64,000 nucleotides of DNA from Prasinococcaceae sp. CCMP 1430 (Eukaryota > Plantae > Prasinodermophyta), in the NCBI GenBank assembly GCA_013416795.1, contig RQSC01000554.1, positions 12,667 through 76,666 on the forward strand, in the 5' to 3' direction. This document shows, in pieces, positions 9,283-19,790 of this stretch. A program made the translations under genes and the position numbers. Numbering within the stretch: the stretch's first letter is position 1; each line of letters opens with the position of its first letter. A model generated the notes under the pieces. That model did no database searches. It was not told where the DNA came from and saw nothing but the letters and a program-made list of their open reading frames with translations.

Positions 9283-11119
9283 GACACACCACAGATGCAC
9301 CCCGTCGCTCCCAAGGCCCCTCGCCACGCACCCTCGCACAGCACCCGCCCGAGCAACCCCCCCTTCCCCTCCCCTTGTCCGCCGCCTGCGATCCTGCCCC
9401 CGACCTCCACCTCCGCGCCATGAGGACGGCGCAGACCGCATCGCCGCCGGCGTCCCGTCGTCCGCGATCCCGAGCGTGAGCTGCTCGCGCTGCTCCGCGT
9501 AGGGGTGAGGACAGCTCAGTGGGAAGGGCGCGGCGTCGACGTGCGGCTCCACCGCGTCCCGCCCCGGGCGCGCCGGAGCGTCGGAGGCAGTGTGCGCGAG
9601 CGCATCCACGGGCCTCTCCCGGTCACGCCCGGGTTCGGGTCGCGCGCAAGCACCCGCAGACCTTGGCCAGGGGCACGGCATCGCCAGCAGCTCCGCCAGC
9701 AGCTCGCCAGCAGCTCCGCCAGCAGCTCCTCCGCCAGCAGCTCCGCCAGCAGCAGCTCCGCCAGCAGCTCCAAGGCCAGCGTGGGGGGCAGGCGCGCCCA
9801 CCGTGGTGGGCAAGGGCGTCATCATCAATGCACCCTCGCCGCACTGCCCCCCCCCCCCCACCGCGCCCATGGCGGTCCCAGCGGCCGCTGCGGCGTTCTG
9901 GCCGCGTTCGGAAGTCCGCTCGGCTCTGCTGCTTGCCGCGCGCCGCGCGCATGTTCGCCGCCGACGCCACCCCGGGCGCCTCCGACGGCCCCACCGAGCG
10001 TGGCCCCTCTCAGCGCCGTGGGGAGACGCAGCGCGTGCGCGCAGCCGCCGCCGCCGGGCTCCTCGCTGTCCTCAGGGCGGCACCACCGCGTCGGCATGCA
10101 TCGGCGGCTGCTCCTGTCGTGTCCGGAAGGCCGCGCGCGCCATGTAAAATCTCCCGGGCCATGGCTGGCGCGACCCTCCTGAACGGCTCTCGCAACGACG
10201 AGTGTGCTGTGCCTTTTGCCCCCCTCATCGCGGAGAGCGGCGTGGCGAAGGGCGCCCAGCGGCGCTGCGGCCGCGCCACCAGCTCGCGCGCCATGGCGAA
10301 GGGCGTCCAGCGGCGCTGCGGCCGAGCCACCAGCTCGCGCGACAGCAGCAGATTCGCCCGCGGCAATCGCTTCGCCCACGCGCATGCGCGTCGGTCCAGG
10401 CCCGGGCATGCCGCGGGCGGGCTTGCGGGGTGCAGCCCCATCCGCGACCAGCCGCTTCGCGCGGAAGCAGGATCGATCCGTGCGGGCGCCTCGCGCGCCC
10501 AAGTGCCAGTCCAGAGAGAGCGCTGACACGGCCCCGGAGCACAGCGTTCTGGTTGTGGGCGCAGGTCGTGGCGCCAGCGCGACCGCATCCACGAGCGGTG
10601 GAGGAAAGTCGGGTACTTGCAAGGGGGGCAAGGCTGGTGGAGGGAAGACGGCGCATGAGGCAGCAAGGTCCGCATCCACGACGAGGCGCGAAACATCCGA
10701 GCAGTCGCTCGAGCACCCACTTTGGGCGAGCGCTGGGTCGTCCCACGCAGGCGCGGCGTGCGTGCGGCATCGCGCGCCCCGTGGCGGCAGCTCAAGCACC
10801 CGCCACGCCTCGTCCGGTGAGGCGGGGTTGGAGGGCGCGAGAGCGCACGAGGGCAGCACGACGCACGATGACGGTCGCGTTGCAGAGCGCCGGCGGTGTC
10901 GCCGCCGTGCGCGCCCTCGCCACCGATACCGGACGCGCGCTCGGTGTGCGCGCGAAACCACCCACAAACCTTGGCCGGAGGCACGACATCGGTGCTGAGG
11001 TGCGAGCCCAGCTCCGCCAGCAGCTCGAAGGCCAACGTGGGCAGCGCGCCCACCGTGGTGGGCAAGGGCGCGTCGGCGTCACCCGTCTCGCAGAATCGGC
11101 GCAGCTCGGTAGGGCGGTG

Positions 11120-12230
11120 CTACGACCTGCCCGCTTGCTCGGCCCGCACCGAGATCTCAGCGCAGAGCGGTCGGCGCTCGGCCTTGTCGCGCTCGGCCTT
11201 GTCGCGTTCGGTCTCGTCGCGTTCGGCCTTCTCCTCGGCGCTGGCGGACGCGGCGGACAGGTCGATCACGCCCTCGCAGCGCACGGCGTCCAGCGCGGCC
11301 TCGGTGCCGAGCCCGTGCGCGGCGGCAGCGCTGCCGCGTCGCTCGGCGAGGGGTGCGCGTCCAGCGTCCAGCGCGGCCTCGCTTTCGAGCTCGTGCGCGG
11401 CGGCAGCTGCCGCGTCGCCCGGCGGGGGGTGCGCGTCCAGCGTCCAGCGCGGCCTCACTTTCGAGCTCGTGCGCGGCGGCAGCGCTGCCGCGTCGCTCGG
11501 CGAGGGGTGCGCGTNAGGATGTCGCGCGTACTCTTGCCCTTGTGGTCAGCGTACGGCACATCGCGCGCGAAGCACTCCCAGCACAGCATGCCGAGGCCGT
11601 ACACGTCGGACGCCTCGCTGTTGGACTCGCCCGCCAGCAGCTCGGGCGCCATCCAGAACGGCGTCCCCACCGCAGAGCGCCGGCCAGCGCCCAGCATGCG
11701 GCCTTTCGTCGATGAGAGGCCGAAGTCGGACAGCTTGCAGTCAAAGCTGTCGTTCACGAGCACGTTGGCGGCTTTGATATCGCCTGTGGGCGCGTGCGCA
11801 GGGTGCGAGAGGGGCGAGGGGAGGCAATACAAGAGCACACGGGAGGGACGCGCAGCGTCAGCGAAGGTGCCAGTAGTCATAGTAGCAAACAGATGCCAGG
11901 GACCTTTCCCCCGTGCAGGCGGCGACGCAGCGCGTAGCATCTTTTCTCTTTCTTGCACGCACCGTGTATGATGGGCTCCTTGCCGCTGTGCAGGTAGCGC
12001 ATGCCGCACACGACGTCGCGCACCATGCCGATGAGCAGCGAGGCGGGCAGGTCGGCCGTCGGGTTGAGCAGAAGGTCCCGCAGCGTTCCCCTGGGCATGT
12101 ACTCAAGAACGAGCAGCGGGTCGGCCTCCTTGGTGGCTCCAAGCACGGTGACGATGTTCGGATGACGGAGGCGCACCATGAGGCGAATCTCGCGTTTGAA
12201 GATGTTGGCCAGCCGCGCGCTCGACAGCCG
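11120..12230 (-). CDS. Tyrosine-kinase-like (TKL) protein kinase, subdomains III-XI; N-terminal lobe start not identifiable
   Basis: FKREIRLMVRLRHPNIV, LVLEYMPRGTL, IIHG^DIKAANVLV (intron 11784-11962), KLSDFGLS, GTPFWMAPE, SDVYGLGMLCWE. Frame is broken at the N at 11515. Confidence 0.8.
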
Positions 12231-12448
12231 CTTGCCGGCGCCCGTGCCTGATGCTGCTGTCCCGCCGCATCCGAGTCCCAGATTGCCTGACTGGCTGCCC
12301 GTGCCGCTCCCAATCGAGAGGCAACCAAGCGAGACGCACGAGCCGAAGTGGGCCCGCTTCACGCAACCGATGTCACCGCCACTGCGACTGCCAACACTGC
12401 CACTGCCGCTGCCACGACTCGTACTACTGCCGAGACCACAGCCACTAC

Positions 12449-13080
12449 CGCGCACACCGCCAACACCACCCACCCACCTCACCACCCTCACCAGAACAGG
12501 CGCCGCCCGTCGCGTGCCAGGTTTGCGGCTGCCCGCACAACAACGACCTGGGCAGCCTCCGACCCGAGTGCCATCAACGCTGTTCAGGGTCTCGCTCGAG
12601 GCGCCTTCCACGCAGTCGGGTGTCATCCTCCCTCCCCGACGGCGAGGCGCGACGCTTTGGCCAGCGCTGCTCATGGCACTTCCATTCGCTCCAGTCACCT
12701 TCGAAGGTTCGCTCCCCGTCGCCGCTCCCCGCGCCAAAGCGTGGCATCCACAGGGCGATAGCTGCCGCGGCGACGGCGCCCTCCCCGCGCGGGCGGCGCC
12801 GCCGGCGCAGCGACGCTCGCCCCCCCCACACACACACCGCCGCCGCCGCCACCACCACCCACCCCCGCGCACACCGCCACCACCACCCACCCACCTCACC
12901 ACCCTCACCAGAACAGGCGCGCGCGCGCGCCTGCTCCGAAACATTCGGACGCCTCGGCGCGCTCCCCGTCGCCGCTCCCCGCGCCAAAGCGTGGCATCCA
13001 CAGGGCGATAGCTGCCGCGGCGACGGCGCCCTGCCCGCGCGGGCGGCGCCGCCGACGCAGCGACGCTCGCCCCCCCCCCA
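12449..13080 (+). pseudogene. Degenerate SBP-box-derived repeat, copy set 1
   Basis: CQVCGCPHNNDLGSLRPECHQR / FRVSLEA / [18 protein letters not shown] / FEG appear in SBP order across frameshifts. The head and tail are re-duplicated at 12865-13080. Confidence 0.65.
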
Positions 13081-14146
13081 GCGCACGGCGCCCCGACGTC
13101 CAAGACGCCGTCGGCGACGAGCGCCGCAGCCGCGTCGCGGAGCGCCGGCGGTGTTGCCGCCGTGCGCGCGTCGGGTTCCTCGCCTCCCGAGCGCCCTCCG
13201 CATAAACCTCGCACCCAAGAGGTGTGGCAGCGCGCTGACCAGATCGCACGGGCGCCTCCAGCGAGAGCTGCGCGGCGCCGCGGCCTGTAGGCGCGGCCTG
13301 CGGCGCATCCGGAGCGACGTCCAGCCGACCCAGTTCGGATCCAGATCGAAGCGGGCGCCTCCAGCGAGAGCTGCGCGGCGCCGCGGCCTGCAGGCGCGGC
13401 CTGCGGCGCGTCGCTCCGTCCAGCCGACCCAGTTCGGATCCAGATCGAAGCGGGCGCCTCCAGCGAGAGCTGCGCGGCGCCGCGCCCGCGCCCTGCTGCG
13501 CGCGCGCAACATGTGGCACGCCCGGGGTGGCAGCGCGCCAGAGCACCCGCCCCAACGCGCGCCCAGCGCCAAAAAACAAACAAAAAAAAAAGCCAACCAT
13601 AACAAAAACAAGCCACGCGCGCTCGTCTAGTGGCCGGGCGCCACACAGGACGAGCTGCCGCGGCGACGGCGCCCTCCCCGCGCGGGCGGCAGCGCGCGGC
13701 GCGCGCGCGAGCACACGCCGGGCGCCGCCGCCGCGCAAAAAACGCGACCTCAAAAAAAAAAAAAAAGGTTGGGTTCGTATGAACAAGTGCGCTATGCATT
13801 TTTAAACGGCGTATCAAATTGCACGGCGTGAGGGAGGCTTTTTTAAAAAAGAATTGTGTCGATCTGAGAGCACCAAAAACCGTACAAAATGTTCATCAAA
13901 GAGACGGTGCGCTGCCCGCGTTGCCTGGTGGGGTTCCGCCCAAGCCACATCAAAACCAAACGCGACGGAGCCGTTGCAATGCGGATTCCTTTGGTATCAT
14001 GCGGAAGCCAACGGGCACGCGCGCGCAACACAAAAAAAAATCAAAAAAAAAACTTGTGGCCCTGGTCGCGCGCCGCACGAGCGCCTCCGACGTCCGTTTT
14101 TTCAAACCTCCTTCGGTTGGATCATTTTTTTTTTTTTTTAAAGTCC

Positions 14147-14201
14147 TACCTGGTACCGTACCAGGTACTGTAGTCTAGTATTTACTTGTACGTACAAGTA
14201 C
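14147..14201. promoter_or_regulatory. Two adjacent palindromes containing six GTAC cores
   Basis: TACCTGGTAC-C-GTACCAGGTA (14147-14167) and TACTTGTACGTACAAGTA (14183-14200) in an AT-rich intergenic tract. Function is inferred. Confidence 0.4.
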
Positions 14202-14414
14202 GTGACTTTTTTTGTTGTTGGGAAAGCACGTGCATACTGTATGTTTGGGTATTTATGCTCGAAAATGAGAGGAAATGTTTTTTTTGTGGACTTTGGATAA
14301 GATGGGGGGGGGGGAGGTGGAGGCGTTCGAGAGGTTCTGCTAGGCTGACCTTCCCCCCACCACCTCACCTCCCCCCCTCCCCCCCTCCCCCCCCCCCCAC
14401 CACACACACACACT

Positions 14415-14984
14415 TTGCGTCCCCGCCTCCTCCTTCTCCCGGGAGAGAGCCTGTCCTCGCGGTCCTCCGCGCCACAGCGCGCGGCCNTGCCGCCGCCTGC
14501 CCCCGCACGAAATCGACCACGTTCCCGAGCGCCGCCGCGTCGGTCTGAGTGCTGGTCGGCGCTGAGCGCGGGGGACGGGCGCTGCGGCCGCCTCCTGCTC
14601 ACCTGCGCGAACGAGCAAGGGAGCGTCGTCGGCGCGCTCGCCGCGACCGCGGCCGACGGCGAAGCGTTCGTGCACCTCGTCGCCGCCGCCCCGCGTGGAG
14701 AGGGCGTGGGCTCGTCGCTGCTCGCGGCCGCAGAGGGCGAGTGCGCGGCCGCGGGCGCGCGCACGATGCGTTTGCGTGCGCTCGACGCCCGGCTGGAGCG
14801 CTACTACGCGCGCCGTGGCTACACCCGCGATGCGAGCCCGCTCGCCACTCTCGACGGCGCTCTGACGGCCGCCGTGCGCGCCGTTGGCTCCGCTGTCGGA
14901 TGGGAGGGCGCCGACGGCCTCGCCGCCGAGGGCTGCTACATGGAGAAATCTCTGGCCGAGGCATCGACGGACGCTGGCGGGTGA
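14415..14984 (+). CDS. GNAT-family N-acetyltransferase; start uncertain, N at 14487
   Basis: FVHLVAAAPRGEGVGSSLL (acetyl-CoA motif A) and RLRAL...LERYYARRGY (motif B). Confidence 0.75.
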   Translation: MRPRLLLLPGESLSSRSSAPQRAAXPPPAPARNRPRSRAPPRRSECWSALSAGDGRCGRLLLTCANEQGSVVGALAATAADGEAFVHLVAAAPRGEGVGSSLLAAAEGECAAAGARTMRLRALDARLERYYARRGYTRDASPLATLDGALTAAVRAVGSAVGWEGADGLAAEGCYMEKSLAEASTDAGG

Positions 14985-15189
14985 CGCAGGACACGCGTGC
15001 CACCGCCGGCGCTGCCACGAGCACGCGCCGCAAATGTTGTAAATATGTTGATGTACACATGGGCGAGGGGAAGTGGACTATCCGCGCGCGGCCTCGGGGG
15101 GGCTTGCTATCGGGCGGCGGCGCATGGTACTGCGGGCGCTACCGCTGCCGCGTGGGTCGACCACATCGGCGGCCCGTCTGCCCTCGCGC

Positions 15190-16305
15190 TCAGTCGTTCC
15201 GCTGGAACAGCTGGCCGAACGCGCGGAAGAAGCGGAAACGCAGGGAGGGCTTGTATGGCTGGGCCTCGGGGAAGGGAAGCGGCTTGCCAATCGCGTAGAG
15301 GATCCCGAACAGCGCGCTGAGGCCGCCGCTGTTGCCCTGCGTGCGGTCGGCGACGTAGCCGGTCGTGAATTTGGTCACCTTGCCCTCGCTGTCGAATGTG
15401 ACGCTCGAGACGGTGGGCGGAAGCTCGACGACCTTACCGGTGGCCTCGAAAGAAGCCAGCTTGCCGGTGTGCGTGCCCTACGCGCGCGCGAGCCGCGCGG
15501 TCAGCGAGGGGGTGTGCGTCGGCGTCGGCGCCCGCGCAACGCGGTCAGGCAAAACGACAGGCCCATCGATACGCTCAGCGTGTGCGAGGGCAGCACTGCG
15601 CACCTTGAAGCGCGACATGAACCACACGCAGTTGGGCACCAGCGGGTCGACGGTCATCCCGAAGGTGTTCTCCTGCTTGTCAGGAAAGGCGTCCTCGAAG
15701 CCGAAGCTATTTGTGTTCAGCTCGCGCCGAGGCAGGCGGCGCGGCCAGTCATGTCAGCGCTGCGCGTGCACTTGCAGGTCCGCGACATCTGGGGGAACTC
15801 GAAGAGCGCGCGCGCGCGCGCGACACGCGAGCACATACCTCGTGACTGCGCGCAGGAACGCGTCCTTAGGCAGCGGGCCGACCACCGGCGCGATGAACTC
15901 GAACGAGTCGGCTGCGAGCGCGTGGCGTGCGTTCGAGCGTGCGCTCGCTGGGGTCAGAGCTGCTGCGCGCGATGCTGAAGCGCGGGGAGGAGGCCAGGGG
16001 GAAAGGGGGAGCGGAGCGACAGAGGGGTGGTGGCGGGTGCGTGCGAGCAGGCGCGCCGCGCGACCGCCCGCCCGCGATCGCTCGCACGCACCCAGCAACG
16101 ATGGGTCATTCACTCCCTGCTGCGCGGCGTTGAACGCCACCGCCATCTCCAGCAGCGCCTCGTCCGAGAAGTCCGACGCCGTCACCGTTGACACGGCGGC
16201 CCCCGGGGCGGGGGCCGCCGCGCGGGCCGCCGCGCGAATCACCGCAATGCTCTTTTCAGCGCCCCTCCGGCGCACTGCCCCCACCCGCGGCGGCGGCGCA
16301 CTCAC
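15190..16305 (-). CDS. Conserved algal-type protein, probably SnoaL/NTF2-like fold, 4 exons, putative plastid transit peptide
   Basis: Three GT-AG introns join SLL^ADSFEFIAPVVGPLPKDAF...T^SFGFEDAFPD...VWFMSRFK^GTHTGK...SVTFDSEGKVTKFTTGYVADR in frame. Confidence 0.65.
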
Positions 16306-16361
16306 TGGTTCGAACGCGGCGAGCGGAGCGCACTTCGAACCTCCCCCGGGCTCGCCACCAC

Positions 16362-16563
16362 AAACCCCGGTCTATCAGAACCAACCCGCGATAGACCAGC
16401 GTATTTCTCAGTCACTCGGGTCATCTCTCACCGAAGACACCGGGTCTGCGCGTGGCCACAAGAAACCCCGGTCTCTCAGAACCAAACCGCGATGGACCAG
16501 GGATTACCTCAGTCACTCGGGTCATCTCTCACCGAAGAGACCGGGTCTGTGCGTGGCCACAAG
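16362..16563. repeat. Tandem 101-bp duplication; units bounded by short inverted repeats
   Basis: AAACCCCGGTCT... starts at 16362 and 16463. The second unit has CCCGGTCTCT ... AGAGACCGGG. Confidence 0.85.
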
Positions 16564-17050
16564 GCCTCGCGCGGAGGTGTTTTTTGCGCTCCCGTTGGTA
16601 CTTTGGACATGATTTTAGATTATACAATGTCTCATGGCGGGAGTGCGGGCGGCTCGCGCGCGCCACACGGCGCACGCCGGGCGGGCGGGGCGGCGACTCC
16701 CACATACAGTTACAAGACCATATCATCATAAACCCTAATACTACACCCCAAAACCCAACCGTATCCGTTGGGGCGATGACGTGGCGCGCTGCCCGTTCGT
16801 CGATGGTCTATCGCTACCGGTTAGGGGACGACGAGGGTTAAGGGTGAAATGGTGGATAGGGTCTGGTGCGGCCGGCGAGCGCGAGCGAGAGCCGGCGAGT
16901 ACGCGCGCGTACGCGTGGGTGCGTGCGCGCGTGGGTGCGTGCGTGGGGACTCGACCAGCCGTACCAGGTGTCACGTACAGAGCTTACAACGGGCGGTCCG
17001 GTGCAGGAGGGCGACGCGCGTGTCGTCTACCTCCGCCTGCGGCCTCTCGC

Positions 17051-18250
17051 CTAGACCGCGTCCACCGGGCCATCGTCGCCTCGGGCCTGCGAGCGCCGCT
17101 CCGCAGCTGCCAGGGCGGCTGCTCGAACGTCCTCGGTCGCCGTCGCCGGCGGCGGCGGCGATGCCGGTGCCTGGGCGCCCTTGGGCGCACGTGAGCGCGG
17201 CGGCACATCGGAAGCGTGCGCGCCGCCGCCGCTAGGGGCGCCACTGCCGCCGCCGCTGTCGCCCAGACGGCGGCTAGGCCCACGGAAGGACTTGCTCGCA
17301 CCGCTTGGCACGTGCTCGCCAATGCCACCCACCGCGCCGCTGCCCGTGCGATGCATGAGCGTGCTTAGGAAGCCGCCGGTGCTGCCACTGCTATTGCTTC
17401 CTGCTCCGTTGCCGCCGCTCATGAAGGTTGGCAGCAGCAGCGTTCCGTCACCGGCCCCAGCAGCTTCGGATGCTGCGACGAAGCCCGGTCGGGACGCGAT
17501 CTCCCGAAGCCGCGGGTGCGCACCCTCCAGCTCGCCGAGCTTTGCCGCCGAGGGCATGATGTGTCGAAGCGCTCCTGCGTGATAGCAGTACCCGATCGCC
17601 ATGGAAATGCCGTCGTACAGGGGGTTGCCTCCGAGGATAAACATGACCAGGAGCAGGAGCAGAGGGTACAGTCGTTTGTCGACGTCGAACAGGCCACAGA
17701 AGGACAGCCGCTGTTGCGGGGCGCGCAGCACCATCACGACGAGCACAGCCAACAAAAACGGCAGCAACCCGCCCTGCGCGCGCGAAGCCGCCGCCGCGGT
17801 GCCCGTCGCGTCGTGGCTTGGCGACGAGCATGGCGCGAACTCAGAGGGCGCGCTCGCGCTGAACCCGCTCCCCGCCGCGAGGAGTGCGCTCGCCGCAGCC
17901 AGGTAACTTGTGTTGACCACCACGCTATGGCCGAGGATGAATACCAGCAGCCCAAACGAGCCCAGTTCCCTCTCGAAACCTGCGAGCAGCTTGTGCACGA
18001 GGTAGCACACCAGCGCGGTCTCGATGACGCCGCGCGGCGCCAGAAAGGAAGTGGCGAGCCTCCACAGGCCGCCACGCAGCACGAACGCCGGGCAGAAGGA
18101 CAGCAGCCAGGGAAGCACGGGCACTAAGAGGGTGACGACGCACCCGACGACGTGCCACACGAAGAGCGCTCGGCAGAGCAGCGGCAGGCCTGCGAGCGCG
18201 CGCTCAGCGACGGCCGCCGCCGCGGGCGCTGGCGCACCCTCCGAGCTCAT
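17051..18250 (-). CDS. Rhomboid-superfamily membrane protein, likely a pseudoprotease (RBL15/derlin-like)
   Basis: Several TM helices, FCPAFVLRGGLWRL (WR motif), FERELGS, YPLLLLLVMFILGG. No GxSG catalytic motif seen. Confidence 0.7.
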   Translation of the reverse strand: MSSEGAPAPAAAAVAERALAGLPLLCRALFVWHVVGCVVTLLVPVLPWLLSFCPAFVLRGGLWRLATSFLAPRGVIETALVCYLVHKLLAGFERELGSFGLLVFILGHSVVVNTSYLAAASALLAAGSGFSASAPSEFAPCSSPSHDATGTAAAASRAQGGLLPFLLAVLVVMVLRAPQQRLSFCGLFDVDKRLYPLLLLLVMFILGGNPLYDGISMAIGYCYHAGALRHIMPSAAKLGELEGAHPRLREIASRPGFVAASEAAGAGDGTLLLPTFMSGGNGAGSNSSGSTGGFLSTLMHRTGSGAVGGIGEHVPSGASKSFRGPSRRLGDSGGGSGAPSGGGAHASDVPPRSRAPKGAQAPASPPPPATATEDVRAAALAAAERRSQARGDDGPVDAV

Positions 18251-18287
18251 CTCGCGCCCCGCGCCCCTTTTCCGCGCTCGCGCGCAC

Positions 18288-19015
18288 CCGCGCACACCAC
18301 CTCCACCACCCACCCACCTCACCACCCTCACCAGAACAGGCGGCGCCCGTGCCCGTGCCAGGTCGTCAGGTGCCCGCACAAGAACGACCTGAGCAGCCTC
18401 CGACCCGAGTGCCACCAACGCTGTTCAGGGTCTCTCTCGAGGCGCGTTCCAAGCGGTCGGGTGTCATCCTCCCTCCCCGACAGCTGCTCGTGCGACGCTT
18501 TTGCCAGCGCTGCTCGTGGCACTTCCATCCGCTCCGGTCGCCTTCGAAGGTTCGCTCCCCGTCGGCGCTCCCCGCGCCAAAGCGTGGCATCCACAGGGCG
18601 ACAGCTGCTCGTGCGTGATTTGCCGCACGCGCGCGGAGAGTCGCGAAGGCGCGACGCCGCAGGCGGGGTGCGGCCGCCTTGACGGCCGCGCGCGCCGCGC
18701 CCTGAAGGGGCGGCGCCCATCGCGTGCCAGGTCGTCGGCTGCCCGCACAAGGAGTGCCATCAACGCTGCTCAGGGTCTCGCTCGAGGCGCCTTCCACGCG
18801 GTCGGGTGTCATCCTCCCTCCCCGACAGCTGCTCGTGCGACGCTTTTGCCAGCGCTGCTCGTGGCACTTCCATCCGCTCCGGTCGCCTTCGAAGGTTCGC
18901 TCCCCGTCGGCGCTCCCCGCGCCAAAGCGTGGCATCCACAGGGCGACAGCTGCTCGTGCGACGCTTTTGCCAGCGCTGCTCGTGGCACTTCCATTCGCTC
19001 CAGTCGCCTGCCAGC
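18288..19015 (+). pseudogene. Degenerate SBP-box-derived repeat, copy set 2 (two near-full copies plus one partial)
   Basis: CQVVRCPHKNDLSSLRPECHQR, FRVSLEARSK and [14 protein letters not shown]; nucleotide-similar to 12449-12760. Confidence 0.65.
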
Positions 19016-19305
19016 GTGCTCAACCCCGGCAACGTGGACCGCACACAAGCCCGACGAGCACGCCGTGTGCATCGAAACGGACGGGCCCTGCAGGCCACGC
19101 ACGTACGACAGCCGGCCACACGCCACGCTCGGGTCGAATGGCGTCACGGAAGCGGGAGGTTACGAGACTCGAGTCGCCGATATGCTACGAAGCGATGCAG
19201 CCAGCAACTGCCGATGCTGTGGGTCCATCTGCGCCGCATCGGAGGATGCAAGCCTCGGCTGACCCTACCCACGGGCCGACCCAAGTCTCAACCAGCGCGG
19301 GCGAA

Positions 19306-19414
19306 GCCGCCGACGAGGCCACGCTCGCCGCCGACGAGGCCACGCTCGCACGCTCGCCGCCGACGAGGCCACGCTCGCCGCCGACGAGGCCACGCTCGCC
19401 GCCGACGAGGCCAC
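19306..19414. repeat. 21-bp tandem repeat, 5 copies
   Basis: Unit GCCGCCGACGAGGCCACGCTC. Confidence 0.9.
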
Positions 19415-19537
19415 TTAGCTCGCCTGTCGAAACCAGCAGAGTCGGTGCGGGCAGCGGTGCTCCACGAAGCGTCGGAGGAGCTTTTTCCCACGTCTTGAGC
19501 CGTGTGCGTTCACACACGACGCCCCAGTGCATGCCGC

Positions 19538-19753
19538 GCGCTCTCGCTCTCGACGCCACAGCCGTAGCGGGGCAGGCCGCGCTCTCGCTCTCGACGCCAC
19601 AGCCGTAGCGGGGCAGGCCGCGCTCTCGCTCTCGACGCCACAGCCGTCGCGGGGCAGGCCGCGCTCTCGCTCTCGACGCCACAGCCGTCGCGGGGGAGGC
19701 CGCGCTCTCGCTCTCGACGCCGCAGCCGTAGCGGGGCAGGCCGCGCTCTCGCT
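19538..19753. repeat. 41-bp tandem repeat, 5 copies plus a partial
   Basis: Unit GCGCTCTCGCTCTCGACGCCACAGCCGTAGCGGGGCAGGCC. Confidence 0.9.
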
Positions 19754-19790
19754 CGGCGCAGTAACACGGGTTAAGGGGGCTTCAAAACTT

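Larger units (their letters stand above)
9580..13700. repeat. Mosaic of locally duplicated modules around a kinase fragment
   Basis: The module PTTVGAxPTLAxELLAEL...AKVCGxxR occurs at ~9620-9810 and ~10950-11065. There is also a 54-bp tandem at ~10244-10340, ~70-bp tandems at 11280-11515, and a GGCGCCTCCAGCGAGAGCTGCGCGGCGCCGCG triplication at 13250-13490. Confidence 0.7.

Noticed and set aside
11877-13817. 646-aa ORF as the full-length kinase
   Set aside because: Most of it is antisense translation of repeats and poly-T tracts. Only the last ~100 aa are kinase, and it runs into an intron.
19538-19753. 41-bp repeats as a CRISPR-like array
   Set aside because: The copies are head-to-tail with no spacers, so this is an ordinary minisatellite.
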